From Planctomycetota bacterium (lineage in GTDB: Bacteria; Planctomycetota; UBA1135; UBA2386): DNA of 64,000 nucleotides. The position numbers and the translations under genes are program-made. The stretch spans positions 1 to 64,000 of the forward strand of contig CANMWZ010000017.1 in the NCBI GenBank assembly GCA_947501605.1. Reading direction: 5' to 3'. The stretch's first letter is position 1; every line of letters starts with the position of its first letter. Positions 18,345 to 27,824 of the stretch are shown one piece after another. The notes beneath the pieces were generated by a model, which worked only from the letters and a program-made list of their open reading frames with translations, made no database searches and was not told the origin of the DNA.

Positions 18345-19865
18345 TCAACGCAGCACGAGCGTTGCCGCGAGTTCGTGTTCGGGCTCGGCGAAGTACTGCA
18401 CGCCACGTTGCCACACAGCCATTCGAATGCGGACACGCTTGGCTCCGCCCAGGTCCTTCGGCGGCAAGGTGGCGCGCAGGTCCTCGACCGCTTGCGTCGT
18501 CACCTCGCCCATCGCCGGCTTCACGAGGCGCACCTCGACGTCGACCACGTCGCCATCCATCGTCGCCCGCTCGTAGTGCAACTCGTGCCCCCCGCTCGGC
18601 ACGGTGACGACGAGTTGGTTCGCGCCACCGACCTCGCGCTCGAGCCGAAGCGAGACGTTCTTCCACAACACACCATCAGGAGCATCCGCGGCTTGCTTCG
18701 TCATCGGCAATGACAACTGCTCGATGCACGCCCGTCGGATCGCCTGCATGACCGGACCGGCGCTGTCGGTGTTGAAGGCCGCGATCGCACCCGTGCCCGA
18801 TCCCGGGTGCACATAGAAGAACGAGACGAAACCGTGCTGGCCGCCGGTGTGCGTGTAGACGCGCTGCCCCGCGTGCTCCTGCACGAAGAAGCAGAGCCCC
18901 ATGTGCTCACCCCTGGTGTCCGCACTCGTAGGAACGGCAGGCAGACACATCTCGTCGAGCGAGGTCCGCGCCAGCGTCGCCGCTGCATCGCTGCCTGGCT
19001 CACGCGCGCCAAGCAGGAAGGACACGTAGTTCGCCATGTCCGTGACCGGCGCGTTGAGCCCGCCGTTGCTGACCGTGATGCCGGTATCGAAATCCGCGCC
19101 GAGGTCACGCATCGAACCGTCGACACCGCGTTCGTAGCTGTTCGACCGATGGCGCTGCTGGTGGTACGGCGTGGCGTCGAAGTAACTGCTGCGCATGCCG
19201 AGCGGCCGCAGCACGTTCTTCTCCATGTAGACCTCGTAGTCGTCCCCACTCAGCTGCTCGATCGCGCGGCCGAGCAGCACGATCCCGAAGTTGCTGTACG
19301 AGAACCTGCTCCCCGGCGCGAACTCGAGGTTGGTGTACGGCATCATCGCCACGAGTTGCGACCAGTGCTTGGGCTCATGCGGCTGCCACGCCTCAGTTCC
19401 ACCCCACGGCCAGGTCGCCATCCGGAAGCCTGCCGTGTGCTGCATCAGGTGACGGATCGTGATGGCTGGCAACGCCCCCGCCGCATCGTGCACCTCCCGC
19501 AACTCGGGCACGAGCGAAAGGACCGACTGCTCCAACTGTAGCTTGCCGCGATCGCGCAACTGCATCGTCGCGATGCCCGTCAGCGACTTCGTGCAGCTGG
19601 CCCAGTGGAAGATCGTGCTGTCGTCCACAGGCTGGCCCGTCGACCGATCTGCAAGGCCATGGTGCACGAAGGCCGAAACTTCGCCACCGCGGACGAAGGC
19701 GAGCGATGCCCCGACCACACCGGCTTGCTCACAACCGGCCTCGAACTCGGTCGCGACTCGCTTCCACGCCACAGCGAACTCGAAGTCTGGGACGCCAGCC
19801 TGCGCACGCAAGGCCGCGGTCGCACACAGACACACGAACGCCACCGACATCTGCTTCATCTCCAT
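18345..19865 (-). CDS. secreted serine hydrolase (beta-lactamase/AmpC-like) with extra C-terminal domain
   Basis: SxxK (ASCTK), LMQHTAG, YxN (FSYSN), HTGG; ~110-aa C-terminal extension. Confidence 0.9.
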   Translation of the reverse strand: MEMKQMSVAFVCLCATAALRAQAGVPDFEFAVAWKRVATEFEAGCEQAGVVGASLAFVRGGEVSAFVHHGLADRSTGQPVDDSTIFHWASCTKSLTGIATMQLRDRGKLQLEQSVLSLVPELREVHDAAGALPAITIRHLMQHTAGFRMATWPWGGTEAWQPHEPKHWSQLVAMMPYTNLEFAPGSRFSYSNFGIVLLGRAIEQLSGDDYEVYMEKNVLRPLGMRSSYFDATPYHQQRHRSNSYERGVDGSMRDLGADFDTGITVSNGGLNAPVTDMANYVSFLLGAREPGSDAAATLARTSLDEMCLPAVPTSADTRGEHMGLCFFVQEHAGQRVYTHTGGQHGFVSFFYVHPGSGTGAIAAFNTDSAGPVMQAIRRACIEQLSLPMTKQAADAPDGVLWKNVSLRLEREVGGANQLVVTVPSGGHELHYERATMDGDVVDVEVRLVKPAMGEVTTQAVEDLRATLPPKDLGGAKRVRIRMAVWQRGVQYFAEPEHELAATLVLR

Positions 19866-19905
19866 GCGCGCAGTCTACTCGCACCCTCGCTATGGTCTGC
19901 GATCC

Positions 19906-20403
19906 ATGTTCGATCATGACACTTGGGAGGTCCTGAGCTACGTCGTCACGGTCTTCGGCCTGCCGATGGCCATCCTCGTGTTCGTCTGGGAGCAGCGGCG
20001 CGATCGTCAGCAGGAAGAAGAGGAGATCTATCAACAGCTCTCCGATGAGTACACGAGCTTCATGAAGCTCGTCTTGGAGAACGCCGACCTGCGCTTGCTG
20101 CAGCGCAGCGGTCCGTCGCCGATCCTGACCGACGAGCAGATCGAACGTCGCCTGGCGCTGTTCAACATCCTGGTTGCACTATTCGAGCGCGCCTACCTGC
20201 TGGTCTACGAACCCGACATGTCGCTGCACACTGCGCGCATGTGGCAGTCGTGGGAGGACTTCATGCGCGAATGGTGCCGTCGCCCTGAGTTCCGGGCAGA
20301 GCTGCCGGTGTTGCTGAACGGTGAGGACCCGGACTTCGCGACCCACATCAGCGCGATCGCTGCCGACGAAGCGGCCGCGGCAAAGACGGCGGCGACGACC
20401 TGA
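19906..20403 (+). CDS. conserved hypothetical membrane protein
   Basis: ATG at 19906, N-terminal TM (LSYVVTVFGLPMAILVF), helical body with LFERAY and WQSWED; GC3-rich codons. Confidence 0.75.
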   Translation: MFDHDTWEVLSYVVTVFGLPMAILVFVWEQRRDRQQEEEEIYQQLSDEYTSFMKLVLENADLRLLQRSGPSPILTDEQIERRLALFNILVALFERAYLLVYEPDMSLHTARMWQSWEDFMREWCRRPEFRAELPVLLNGEDPDFATHISAIAADEAAAAKTAATT

Positions 20404-20544
20404 GCCCGTTGCGGATCAGAGACACTGGGCTCGGCGCAAGGCGCGGCGACGGCGGCCTATCCCAGAGTTCTGTCGAGGAGCCGCAAAGCCGCGAGCGCGC
20501 CAGCAGGGCCGGCGACCTCGGTGGCCAACTTCGCAGTCACCCCA

Positions 20545-21492
20545 CTAGCAGAGGCCGTGGTCATCGCCACGAATCGGCGTACGTGGCAGGTGCACGAGGC
20601 TGAAGTCGGCGACAAGTTCTCGGGCCATACACGGCGCGCCACTCGCGCGCAGTCCGCTCGCCTTGGCCAAGAACCCCACCACCGCCGCCGCCGCCACGCC
20701 GCGCTCGCGGAAGTGCCGGAGCGACGTATCCCCGTGACGCTTAGCCAACCGCAACCCGTCGCCGCCCGTCACCAAGGGCACATGCAAGAACCGCGGCACC
20801 GTGAGTCCGAGCGCGCGGTAGAGCAGCAGTTGCCTCGGCGTGCTCGGCAGGAGATCGTCGGCGCGAAGCACCTCGCTGACCTGCGCCGCGGCGTCATCGA
20901 CGACGACTGCGAGTTGATAGGCCGGCCCACCGTCGCGCTTCTGGATGACAAAGTCCCCGGCGATCGCGCCCGCCTGCGGCCCGGCAAAGCCATCGTCGAA
21001 CGCCACGTTGGCGACCTCGACGCGAAAGCGAAGGGATGCATCCCGTCCGGTCTGCGCCCTGGCATCTTCGATCGAATCGAACCGGCCACGGCAGGTGCCA
21101 GGGTAGATCGCGCCATCCGGGCCCATGCCCTCGTGCGGCGCCGATGCCGCCTCTTCGACTTCTTTCCGCGTGCACACACACGGGTAAGCGATCCCGAGTT
21201 CGATCAACCGGGCGGCGGCCTTCGCATAGCTCGGCAGCCGCTGCGACTGCACCACGATCTCGCCGTCCCAGTCGAGCCCAAGCCACCGAAGATCCTCGAC
21301 GACGCCGGCCGCTGCGTCGGCCTTGACGCGCGGTCCATCGATGTCCTCGATGCGCAATCGAACCGCTCCGCCCCGCGCGCGAACCGACAGCCACGCCAGC
21401 AGAAACGTGCGGGCGTTGCCGAGGTGCAAGGCACCGGTTGGACTCGGGGCCAGCCGTCCCTGCACCTGCGCCGCTGCCCGTGGGCTCGCCAT
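20545..21492 (-). CDS. gluQ: glutamyl-Q tRNA(Asp) synthetase
   Basis: GRLAPSPTGALHLGN, RIEDID, YPCVCTR, YQLAVVVDD, RLAKR; no anticodon-binding domain. Confidence 0.93.
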   Translation of the reverse strand: MASPRAAAQVQGRLAPSPTGALHLGNARTFLLAWLSVRARGGAVRLRIEDIDGPRVKADAAAGVVEDLRWLGLDWDGEIVVQSQRLPSYAKAAARLIELGIAYPCVCTRKEVEEAASAPHEGMGPDGAIYPGTCRGRFDSIEDARAQTGRDASLRFRVEVANVAFDDGFAGPQAGAIAGDFVIQKRDGGPAYQLAVVVDDAAAQVSEVLRADDLLPSTPRQLLLYRALGLTVPRFLHVPLVTGGDGLRLAKRHGDTSLRHFRERGVAAAAVVGFLAKASGLRASGAPCMARELVADFSLVHLPRTPIRGDDHGLC

Positions 21493-21583
21493 GCTCGTCG
21501 TTCTACGCCGTTCTCGGCGTTCGCGCGACCGTCGAGAACACGCGCCCGCCGGCAGTCGGCAGGGAGTATCGTGCAGGGCCCTG

Positions 21584-22582
21584 ATGACAGAACCTAGTCT
21601 GCGCGAAGGCCTCGTGCTCCGCATCGATGCCAAGGTGTGTCACGTCGAAGTCGACGGTGAACGCCACACGCTGCCCCTCGCCGGCAAGTTGTTCGAGGAG
21701 CGTTCGCACGAGAAGCGACCGCTAGCCGTCGGCGACCGCGTGCAACTCGACGTCACCGGCAAGGCAATCGATGTCCTGTTGCCGCGTGTCAGTCAACTCC
21801 ACCGCCGTGCCGCCAGCGAAGGCGAAGAGCGCGCGCAGGTCATCGCCGCCAACATCACGCTCGTACTCGCCGTTGCGTCGGCCGCCGAACCGCCGTTTCA
21901 GCCCGAGCTGGTCGATGGCGTGCTCGCCGGCGCCGTTCGCCAGGAGATCCCGGCGGCCCTCATCGTGACCAAGATGGACCGGGACAAGAAGGGCGCGGCG
22001 CAGCAGTGGATCGACCTCTACCGCAGCATCGGCTACCGGGTGTTTGCGACGAGTACCGTGGCGGGCCACGAAACGACGGCTGAGTTCGAATTGGTGCGCG
22101 CGCTGCTCCACGCCAACCGTTCGGTGCTGTGCGGGTTGTCGGGCGCCGGCAAATCAACGCTGCTCAACACGCTGATTCCCGGCCTGTCGCTGCGCATCGG
22201 CTCGCTTAGCCACATCCGCCAGGGCAAGCACACGACGGCGCACACCGAACTGATCCCGCTACCCGGTGGCGGCTACGTTCTCGACACGCCGGGAGTGCGC
22301 AGCTTCCACCAGTTCCAGATCGGCGCGCAAGAATCGCAGTTCGTGTTCCCGGAGATCGCGGCACTGTTGCCCAAGTGCCAGTACCGCAGTTGCCTGCACC
22401 GCGACGAACCGGGCTGCGCCGTGCTCGCGGCAGTTGCATCGAGGGAGGTGCACGAGTCGCGCTTCCGCTCCTACTCCGTCATGCTCGATCATGCACTGCG
22501 CAGCGAGCGCCAACATTCGCGCGTCGACGGCGACGACGACGGCCAGCGTCAGGGCGGCAAGCGGCGGCGACCAGGCAGCTAG
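21584..22582 (+). CDS. rsgA: ribosome small subunit-dependent GTPase A
   Basis: VGD-V OB fold, TKMD, GLSGAGKSTL, GKHTT, DTPG, C-x4-C-x-H-x5-C Zn finger. Confidence 0.95.
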   Translation: MTEPSLREGLVLRIDAKVCHVEVDGERHTLPLAGKLFEERSHEKRPLAVGDRVQLDVTGKAIDVLLPRVSQLHRRAASEGEERAQVIAANITLVLAVASAAEPPFQPELVDGVLAGAVRQEIPAALIVTKMDRDKKGAAQQWIDLYRSIGYRVFATSTVAGHETTAEFELVRALLHANRSVLCGLSGAGKSTLLNTLIPGLSLRIGSLSHIRQGKHTTAHTELIPLPGGGYVLDTPGVRSFHQFQIGAQESQFVFPEIAALLPKCQYRSCLHRDEPGCAVLAAVASREVHESRFRSYSVMLDHALRSERQHSRVDGDDDGQRQGGKRRRPGS

Positions 22583-22663
22583 GCTAGGCCCAAGGAGGCC
22601 TTCGGGGAGCAGCGCAACTCAGAGCAGCCCTCGGAGTCGAGCCACCAAACAAAAGAGTGGCCC

Positions 22664-22705
22664 AAAAAAAAGCGGCCAGCAGTGCGATCCGCACCACCAG
22701 CCGCT
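22664..22705 (-). terminator. intrinsic (rho-independent) terminator of the 22753-24615 gene
   Basis: minus strand AGCGGCTGGTGGTGCG-GAT-CGCACTGCTGGCCGCT stem (with G-U pairs) running into a T8 tract, ~50 nt after the stop. Confidence 0.85.
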
Positions 22706-22752
22706 CCTGCCACCGAGTGCGAACCTCGGCGCGTGCGTAGTCCTACAGCGGA

Positions 22753-24615
22753 CTAGTTGATGTCGAAGGTCAGGACGATGGAGTCCGACACAACGATGTT
22801 CGCGATATTACGCGGGTTCGGCAGGCCGTTCAGCAGCTGCGCCGCCTGGGCGTAGACCGTGGCGCCAGCAAAGGCCGCAGGAATGCTCGGCAGAACGTTC
22901 CACGTGACCGTCGGCGTCGCCAACTGGAAGTCCGACGCAGCTTCTGGGAGCAGGACGTAGGCGTTGCAGCCCGGCATGTCGAGAACCGTCAGATCGATGC
23001 CAGGCAGCGGCGTCGTGCTGATCAGGCTGATGTTGAACACGCTCTGGTTGTCGAACGCGGTCGTCGTCAGCTGCAGGGGCTTGCCAACCTTCGGGCGGAA
23101 CGTGGAGCCCATGATGGCCGCGCGGGCGCCGTCACCCGAGACATAGCCCGGGGGAGCCGTCGCAACGCTCAGGTCAGGGTTCTGGCGCGGCGTCGGGCCA
23201 CTGCCCGCGTCGATGCTGTCCCCGTAGGAGAAGCCGACCAAGCGCGCGCAGTCGAGGTGGTTGGCACCGATCGAGCCGTAGCGGAAGTAGGCCGTGCCAC
23301 CCGGGGTGAGCACGAGCTGGATGGTCGAGAGGATGTTCGGACCGGCGTAGGCCAGCGGATCGATCCACTCCCGGACGTTGTTCCAGGTGAACGCGACGTA
23401 GCTGGTGTTGTCCGTGTCCATCCAGACATCGCCCGCACCGCCAAGGAACGTGACAAGGTCAGCAGGCTCCATGTCTTGCCAGCAGGGAGCAAGCGTCACG
23501 CGCGCGGCGAAACCGGCGTAGTTGGAGGCGGGACCCTGGTCGAAGGCATACAGACTGCCTGCGGGTGGCGCGACGGCGAGCGACACGATGCCGTTCGACG
23601 AGACGTGCACGGACGTCGTGCCGACGACATTGCCGGGGTAGGGGAAGGCAAACGGCAGCGGCCGGGTCCAGTGGCAGTCGTCCGCTGGATTGGTCGGGCT
23701 GTCGCTCAACGTCGGCGCCAGGGCATTGAGCTGGGTCGGATTGGGGCTGGTGCCTGGGACAATGAAGAGGCCAGGCGTGCTGTTCCGCGTGACAATCCAG
23801 TTGTCACCGACGTTGAACAGGTCGAGGCCGTTGATGGCACCGGCCGACGTGTTCGGGTCGATGTCGAGACCGGCGACGGCAGAGAGATTCGGGTCCACGA
23901 AGGACTCGTAGAACGCGTGCGGACGGTTGTAGCAACCAGCGCCGACCTTGATGCTCGAGGCGACATTCGTGACCGCCGTGTTGTAGGTCAGTTCGACGTT
24001 CGGGCAGAAGGCCGAGATAGCCCCCGAAAGCGCCACCACGGAACCCACCGACCGGACCGAGTTCGCCAAGTGGCCAGTCGAGAAGCTGGTGCCAGTGATG
24101 TTTCCCGTGAGGGGCGCTGGTGCAGCGTTGATGGCAAACTCGATCAACAGGTCCTGCCCGCTGCTCGGAGCGTAGACGAACGGAGTTGTCAAAGTGACGT
24201 CGACCATGACGCCGCCAGGCGTACCAACCGGCGAGGCAATCGTGGTCACAGGACCACTGAAGTTGGCCGTGCCGAGCAGCTCCGAGCGATTGGCCGCGAA
24301 CGTGACGGACGGCGAAGCAAAGTCGACCGCCGAGTCTTGCAAGAAGACGTCGATGCTCGGGTAGGTGACCACAACCGGTGGAAGGGCCTGCGCAGAGCCC
24401 TGGAACCACTTGATCTGGGTGATCACGATGGGCGCAGTGACGCCTTGGCTCGTGAACGTGGACGCGTCGTAGAAGCACTGGACGCGATTGGTACCGGCAC
24501 GCCAAACGTTGCCGGTGGTACCATTGCGAGCCACGTTGGAGACCACCACCGTCTGCGCGAGCAGACAGGGCGTAAGGGCCAGCAATGCGCCGGCGGCGAG
24601 AGACAGGTTTCGCAT
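22753..24615 (-). CDS. secreted hypothetical protein (N-terminal beta domain, nidogen-like central segment, C-terminal beta module)
   Basis: signal peptide LLA|Q; LPFAFPY...VSSNG...LAPCWQD nidogen-like motif; C-terminal DL-x3-DMPGC...IP-x3-AG-x2-VYAQA...VSD. Confidence 0.85.
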   Translation of the reverse strand: MRNLSLAAGALLALTPCLLAQTVVVSNVARNGTTGNVWRAGTNRVQCFYDASTFTSQGVTAPIVITQIKWFQGSAQALPPVVVTYPSIDVFLQDSAVDFASPSVTFAANRSELLGTANFSGPVTTIASPVGTPGGVMVDVTLTTPFVYAPSSGQDLLIEFAINAAPAPLTGNITGTSFSTGHLANSVRSVGSVVALSGAISAFCPNVELTYNTAVTNVASSIKVGAGCYNRPHAFYESFVDPNLSAVAGLDIDPNTSAGAINGLDLFNVGDNWIVTRNSTPGLFIVPGTSPNPTQLNALAPTLSDSPTNPADDCHWTRPLPFAFPYPGNVVGTTSVHVSSNGIVSLAVAPPAGSLYAFDQGPASNYAGFAARVTLAPCWQDMEPADLVTFLGGAGDVWMDTDNTSYVAFTWNNVREWIDPLAYAGPNILSTIQLVLTPGGTAYFRYGSIGANHLDCARLVGFSYGDSIDAGSGPTPRQNPDLSVATAPPGYVSGDGARAAIMGSTFRPKVGKPLQLTTTAFDNQSVFNISLISTTPLPGIDLTVLDMPGCNAYVLLPEAASDFQLATPTVTWNVLPSIPAAFAGATVYAQAAQLLNGLPNPRNIANIVVSDSIVLTFDIN

Positions 24616-24753
24616 GAGAAAAACCCTCTGAAGGGAGAGGCGCTGGGAAAGACCGCAGAGCCTTGGGAGAAGCAGGCAGGGAGGAACAACGCGAGCACAG
24701 CACCTACGGGGCACTACGCCGAGCTCGGGCCCTGGGTCTACCAGGACAGCGTG

Positions 24754-24782
24754 AGGATGTAACCACCGTCGCTCGACGTCAA
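24754..24782 (-). promoter_or_regulatory. putative sigma70-type promoter for the 22753-24615 gene
   Basis: minus strand TTGACG-N17-CATCCT about 140 nt upstream of the ATG. Confidence 0.5.
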
Positions 24783-25349
24783 GCCCCCGCAAGTCTCCCG
24801 TGAACGTCTGCCGCCCGCTACCGGCACCTAGCAGCCGTTGAAGCACGGCTCCGTCGCCGAGGCTCGCAATGGCACCAAAGGTCACAACAGTGCCCTCGGA
24901 ACAGCAAAGCACTTGGGCCCCTGCTGACAGCGCCATCGGGGTCCACGCACAACGAAGCTCCGTGGCGTACCTCGGCGGCGCTTCAGGAGCCGGCGCCACG
25001 ACGCGCGAGGCGAAGGAAGCTCCACGGCCCCCGATTGCACGAGAAGTGGAGGCTCCCACGCGACCTCGACGGCACTCCGATCGTCGCCATTCCTAGGACC
25101 AGGGCCGGAGCGATCTGACGGCAAGGCCACCACGTTCGGTCGAGAGCAACGCGAGAGCGCCCGGTTCAACGCGCCGCTGGCGATCGCCCACCCTAGCTTT
25201 GTGCCAGGTGTCGAATGCCGCGCAGCACCACCGCCATCGCCACGGCGATCGAGTTCCATGCGGCGCCACTACGTGCAGGTCGCGGCCTCGACCAACACGA
25301 TGCCCGCCAATCGTCTCTGCGATCGAAGCACCATCACGGGGGCGAAGAG

Positions 25350-25805
25350 TCAGCCGCCGGCGAACACGAGGCACTTGTAGCCCCAAGCAAACAGCAACAG
25401 CAGCATCGCAAAGAACGCCAGCGCGAGGCGCGGCACCTGCATCCAGACGTCGAGGAATGAGCGCGAGCGAAGCAGGCACCAGCCCGCCACTGCGCCGAAT
25501 GCGATGCCGGCGATCGCCACCGCAGCGCCAAACGGTTGCGTCACGAACGCCGCAATCAGCCGCCCGTGCACAACCATCGCCGCCGCCGTCGTCGCGCCGC
25601 AGGTCGGGCACGGATAGCCATAGACCTTGGGCCACATGCACGGCGACATGCCCAGTTGCGTGTGCGTGTCGTAGCCTCTTGGATCGGGATCGATCGTCGC
25701 GAGCGCGACCGTGCAGGTCACGGCCGCCGCGAGCACTGCGAGCGCAAACACACGGTCGAGCCAGACCGGCCGCGGCCCTTCGTGCACGGGAATCGTCGTC
25801 AGCAC
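25350..25805 (-). CDS. DUF2752 domain membrane protein
   Basis: HTQLGMSPC...GYPCPTCGATT motif with flanking TM helices. Confidence 0.85.
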   Translation of the reverse strand: MLTTIPVHEGPRPVWLDRVFALAVLAAAVTCTVALATIDPDPRGYDTHTQLGMSPCMWPKVYGYPCPTCGATTAAAMVVHGRLIAAFVTQPFGAAVAIAGIAFGAVAGWCLLRSRSFLDVWMQVPRLALAFFAMLLLLFAWGYKCLVFAGG

Positions 25806-25869
25806 TGTCGGCGATCATGCCGGCGCCGGCGCGGCGCGCCAGCAGCAGGCACCGGCAGGGCAACGGACC

Positions 25870-26403
25870 TCAGCTGAAGTCGTAGACGTAGGCGAGCTTG
25901 TCTTTCCGGACGATCGCGTACCCGAGCGTGCCCAAGATCTGGAGGTCGCGCGGCGCGAGATCGAGTCCACGCAGGATCGGCGTCTGCATGATGAAGTACT
26001 TTCGATTCGACATGTGCTGCTCGTAAGCGCCCGGCTCCACGTTGCCGGTCAACTCGAACTGCACGGCGCCGTTGTAGAACGCGCGGATGCGCACGGTCTT
26101 GTTCGGCTGTGCGAGTATCCGCTGCGCGTTATCCCCTGCGAGATCGAGCAACTCGTGCGCGCAGATGACTTCCTTCTGGTTCACGTGGACGGTCGGCGTG
26201 CGGATGATCTCGCCGCTGCGCAGCGAGATCATCGTCGCGTCCTCGATCGTCAAGAAGGTCCGGCTCCAGTCCTCGAGCACATTGGACAGCCGACGGTTCT
26301 TCTTCGAGAGCCGGCCTTTGACCAGAAACGAGTCGGTGAGAAACAGGTCCTCAACCATCACCGGCGTCGAGGATGCGTTCGATCGAGCGTTGTCTTCGTT
26401 CAT
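25870..26403 (-). CDS. hypothetical protein (possible tandem DUF6812-like domains)
   Basis: ATGA overlap with the folC stop; two similar beta units (…KGRL…RLSNVL…FLTI…VNQKEV / …TGNV…YFIM…VRKDKL). Confidence 0.7.
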   Translation of the reverse strand: MNEDNARSNASSTPVMVEDLFLTDSFLVKGRLSKKNRRLSNVLEDWSRTFLTIEDATMISLRSGEIIRTPTVHVNQKEVICAHELLDLAGDNAQRILAQPNKTVRIRAFYNGAVQFELTGNVEPGAYEQHMSNRKYFIMQTPILRGLDLAPRDLQILGTLGYAIVRKDKLAYVYDFS

Positions 26404-27701
26404 GGGCGTGTCCGCGCAGCGAGGAGCGCGCGGACTTCGCCAGCGAGGTAGAACGAGCCGCAGCACACGCGCAGACAGGGAGCCTTGAGCACTGCGTCCA
26501 GCGCCTCGGGGATCGAACGGATCACCGTCTGCGCGCTGCCCTGTGCCGCAAGCCAATCCGCGATGACCTTGGGGTCCTCGCCAACAGTGCCCGTGAGCTC
26601 TGTCAGGACGAAGCTATCGGCGATCGGCAACAGCGCGCTCAAGCCCTGGCGCCAACGCTTGTCCACGGCAGAGCCGAAGAGCACGACCGCCTTGCGATCG
26701 GGCCATCGGCGCCGCAGTTCCTCGGCAACTGCCGCAAGCGACTGCTCGGTGTGCGCGCCGTCCAACACAAACGCCGCGCCGTCCGGTGACGCTGCGACCT
26801 CGAAGCGACAGGGCAATGCCCATGGCCGAGGCGCCGGATCGAGGTGCAGTTCGAGGTGCGGAAACAAGGTTGCGAAGGCGCCGGCCGCCAGGGCCAAGGC
26901 CTGCGGCTCGTAGCCGCGAGCGTCGGGCAATCGCACCTTCAGCTCGCGCCCAGAGGGCAACAGGAGCCGGGCGCGGTACTCCGTGCCAGACCAAGAGGCA
27001 TCCACCAAGTGCAGGTCCGTCCCCAGCACATAGAGCGTGGCTCCGACTTCGCGAGCGTGGCGCTCGATCACAGCCAGGGCGTCGCCGCGGGCCGCGGTAA
27101 ACGCAACGCCACCCGCGCGCACGACCCACGCCTTTTCGGCGGCGATCGCCGAGACGGTCGAGCCGAGCACGTTCATGTGCTCGAGTTCGACGCCGGTGAG
27201 GATGGATGCCGACAGCGGGATCGCCGTGGTCGCGTCAAACCGACCGCCGAGACCCACCTCGTAGATCGCAAGGTCGGTCCGCGCTGCCGCGAACGCCTGC
27301 ACGGCCGCGACCGTCAGCGCTTCAAAAAACGTCGCCCGGATCGAGAGCCGATCGGCGCGCTGCAGAACGACTCGCAACTGCGCCTCGATCCCATCCGTCG
27401 ACAGCGTTGCCCCATCGAACAGGAACCGCTCGAGGATCGTGGTCACGTGCGGCGAGAGGTAGGCACCGGCGCGCAGACCCGCCTGCTGCGCGAGCGCGCC
27501 GAGGAACGCACACACGGTCCCTTTCCCCTTGCTGCCGCCAACCTGGATCGCGGCGCCGTGCCCCGGGTCGGCGCCGAGCGGCGCGATCAGGGCCTTCGCG
27601 TTGACGAGATCCCACACGCGCTTGTCCGGGCGCGACCGTTCGTAGTTTTCGAGCTGGCTCAGCAGCGGGGCCAGTCGTTCGGCGGCTGGGTCGTGCAGCA
27701 T
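26400..27701 (-). CDS. folC: folylpolyglutamate synthase/dihydrofolate synthase
   Basis: QVGGSKGKGTVC, YLSPH...ER, TFFEALT, EVGLGGRFDAT, EH-x3-LG, EKA, LDGAHT, CGSFYLAG. Confidence 0.92.
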   Translation of the reverse strand: MLHDPAAERLAPLLSQLENYERSRPDKRVWDLVNAKALIAPLGADPGHGAAIQVGGSKGKGTVCAFLGALAQQAGLRAGAYLSPHVTTILERFLFDGATLSTDGIEAQLRVVLQRADRLSIRATFFEALTVAAVQAFAAARTDLAIYEVGLGGRFDATTAIPLSASILTGVELEHMNVLGSTVSAIAAEKAWVVRAGGVAFTAARGDALAVIERHAREVGATLYVLGTDLHLVDASWSGTEYRARLLLPSGRELKVRLPDARGYEPQALALAAGAFATLFPHLELHLDPAPRPWALPCRFEVAASPDGAAFVLDGAHTEQSLAAVAEELRRRWPDRKAVVLFGSAVDKRWRQGLSALLPIADSFVLTELTGTVGEDPKVIADWLAAQGSAQTVIRSIPEALDAVLKAPCLRVCCGSFYLAGEVRALLAARTRP

Positions 27702-27824
27702 CAGAGGATCAGGCAGGCGCCGTGCTGGCGCAGTTCGCGACAGCCTAGCCCGCAGATGCAGCCGCGCACCACTCCCCTCGCGCTTGCCAAGTGGATACCG
27801 TGCGCGGCCTACCCGAGGAACCGC

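Noticed and set aside
24616..25059. 148-aa N-terminal extension of the 22753 ORF
   Set aside because: A clean signal peptide begins at ATG 24615, and a promoter-like element lies inside the supposed extension.
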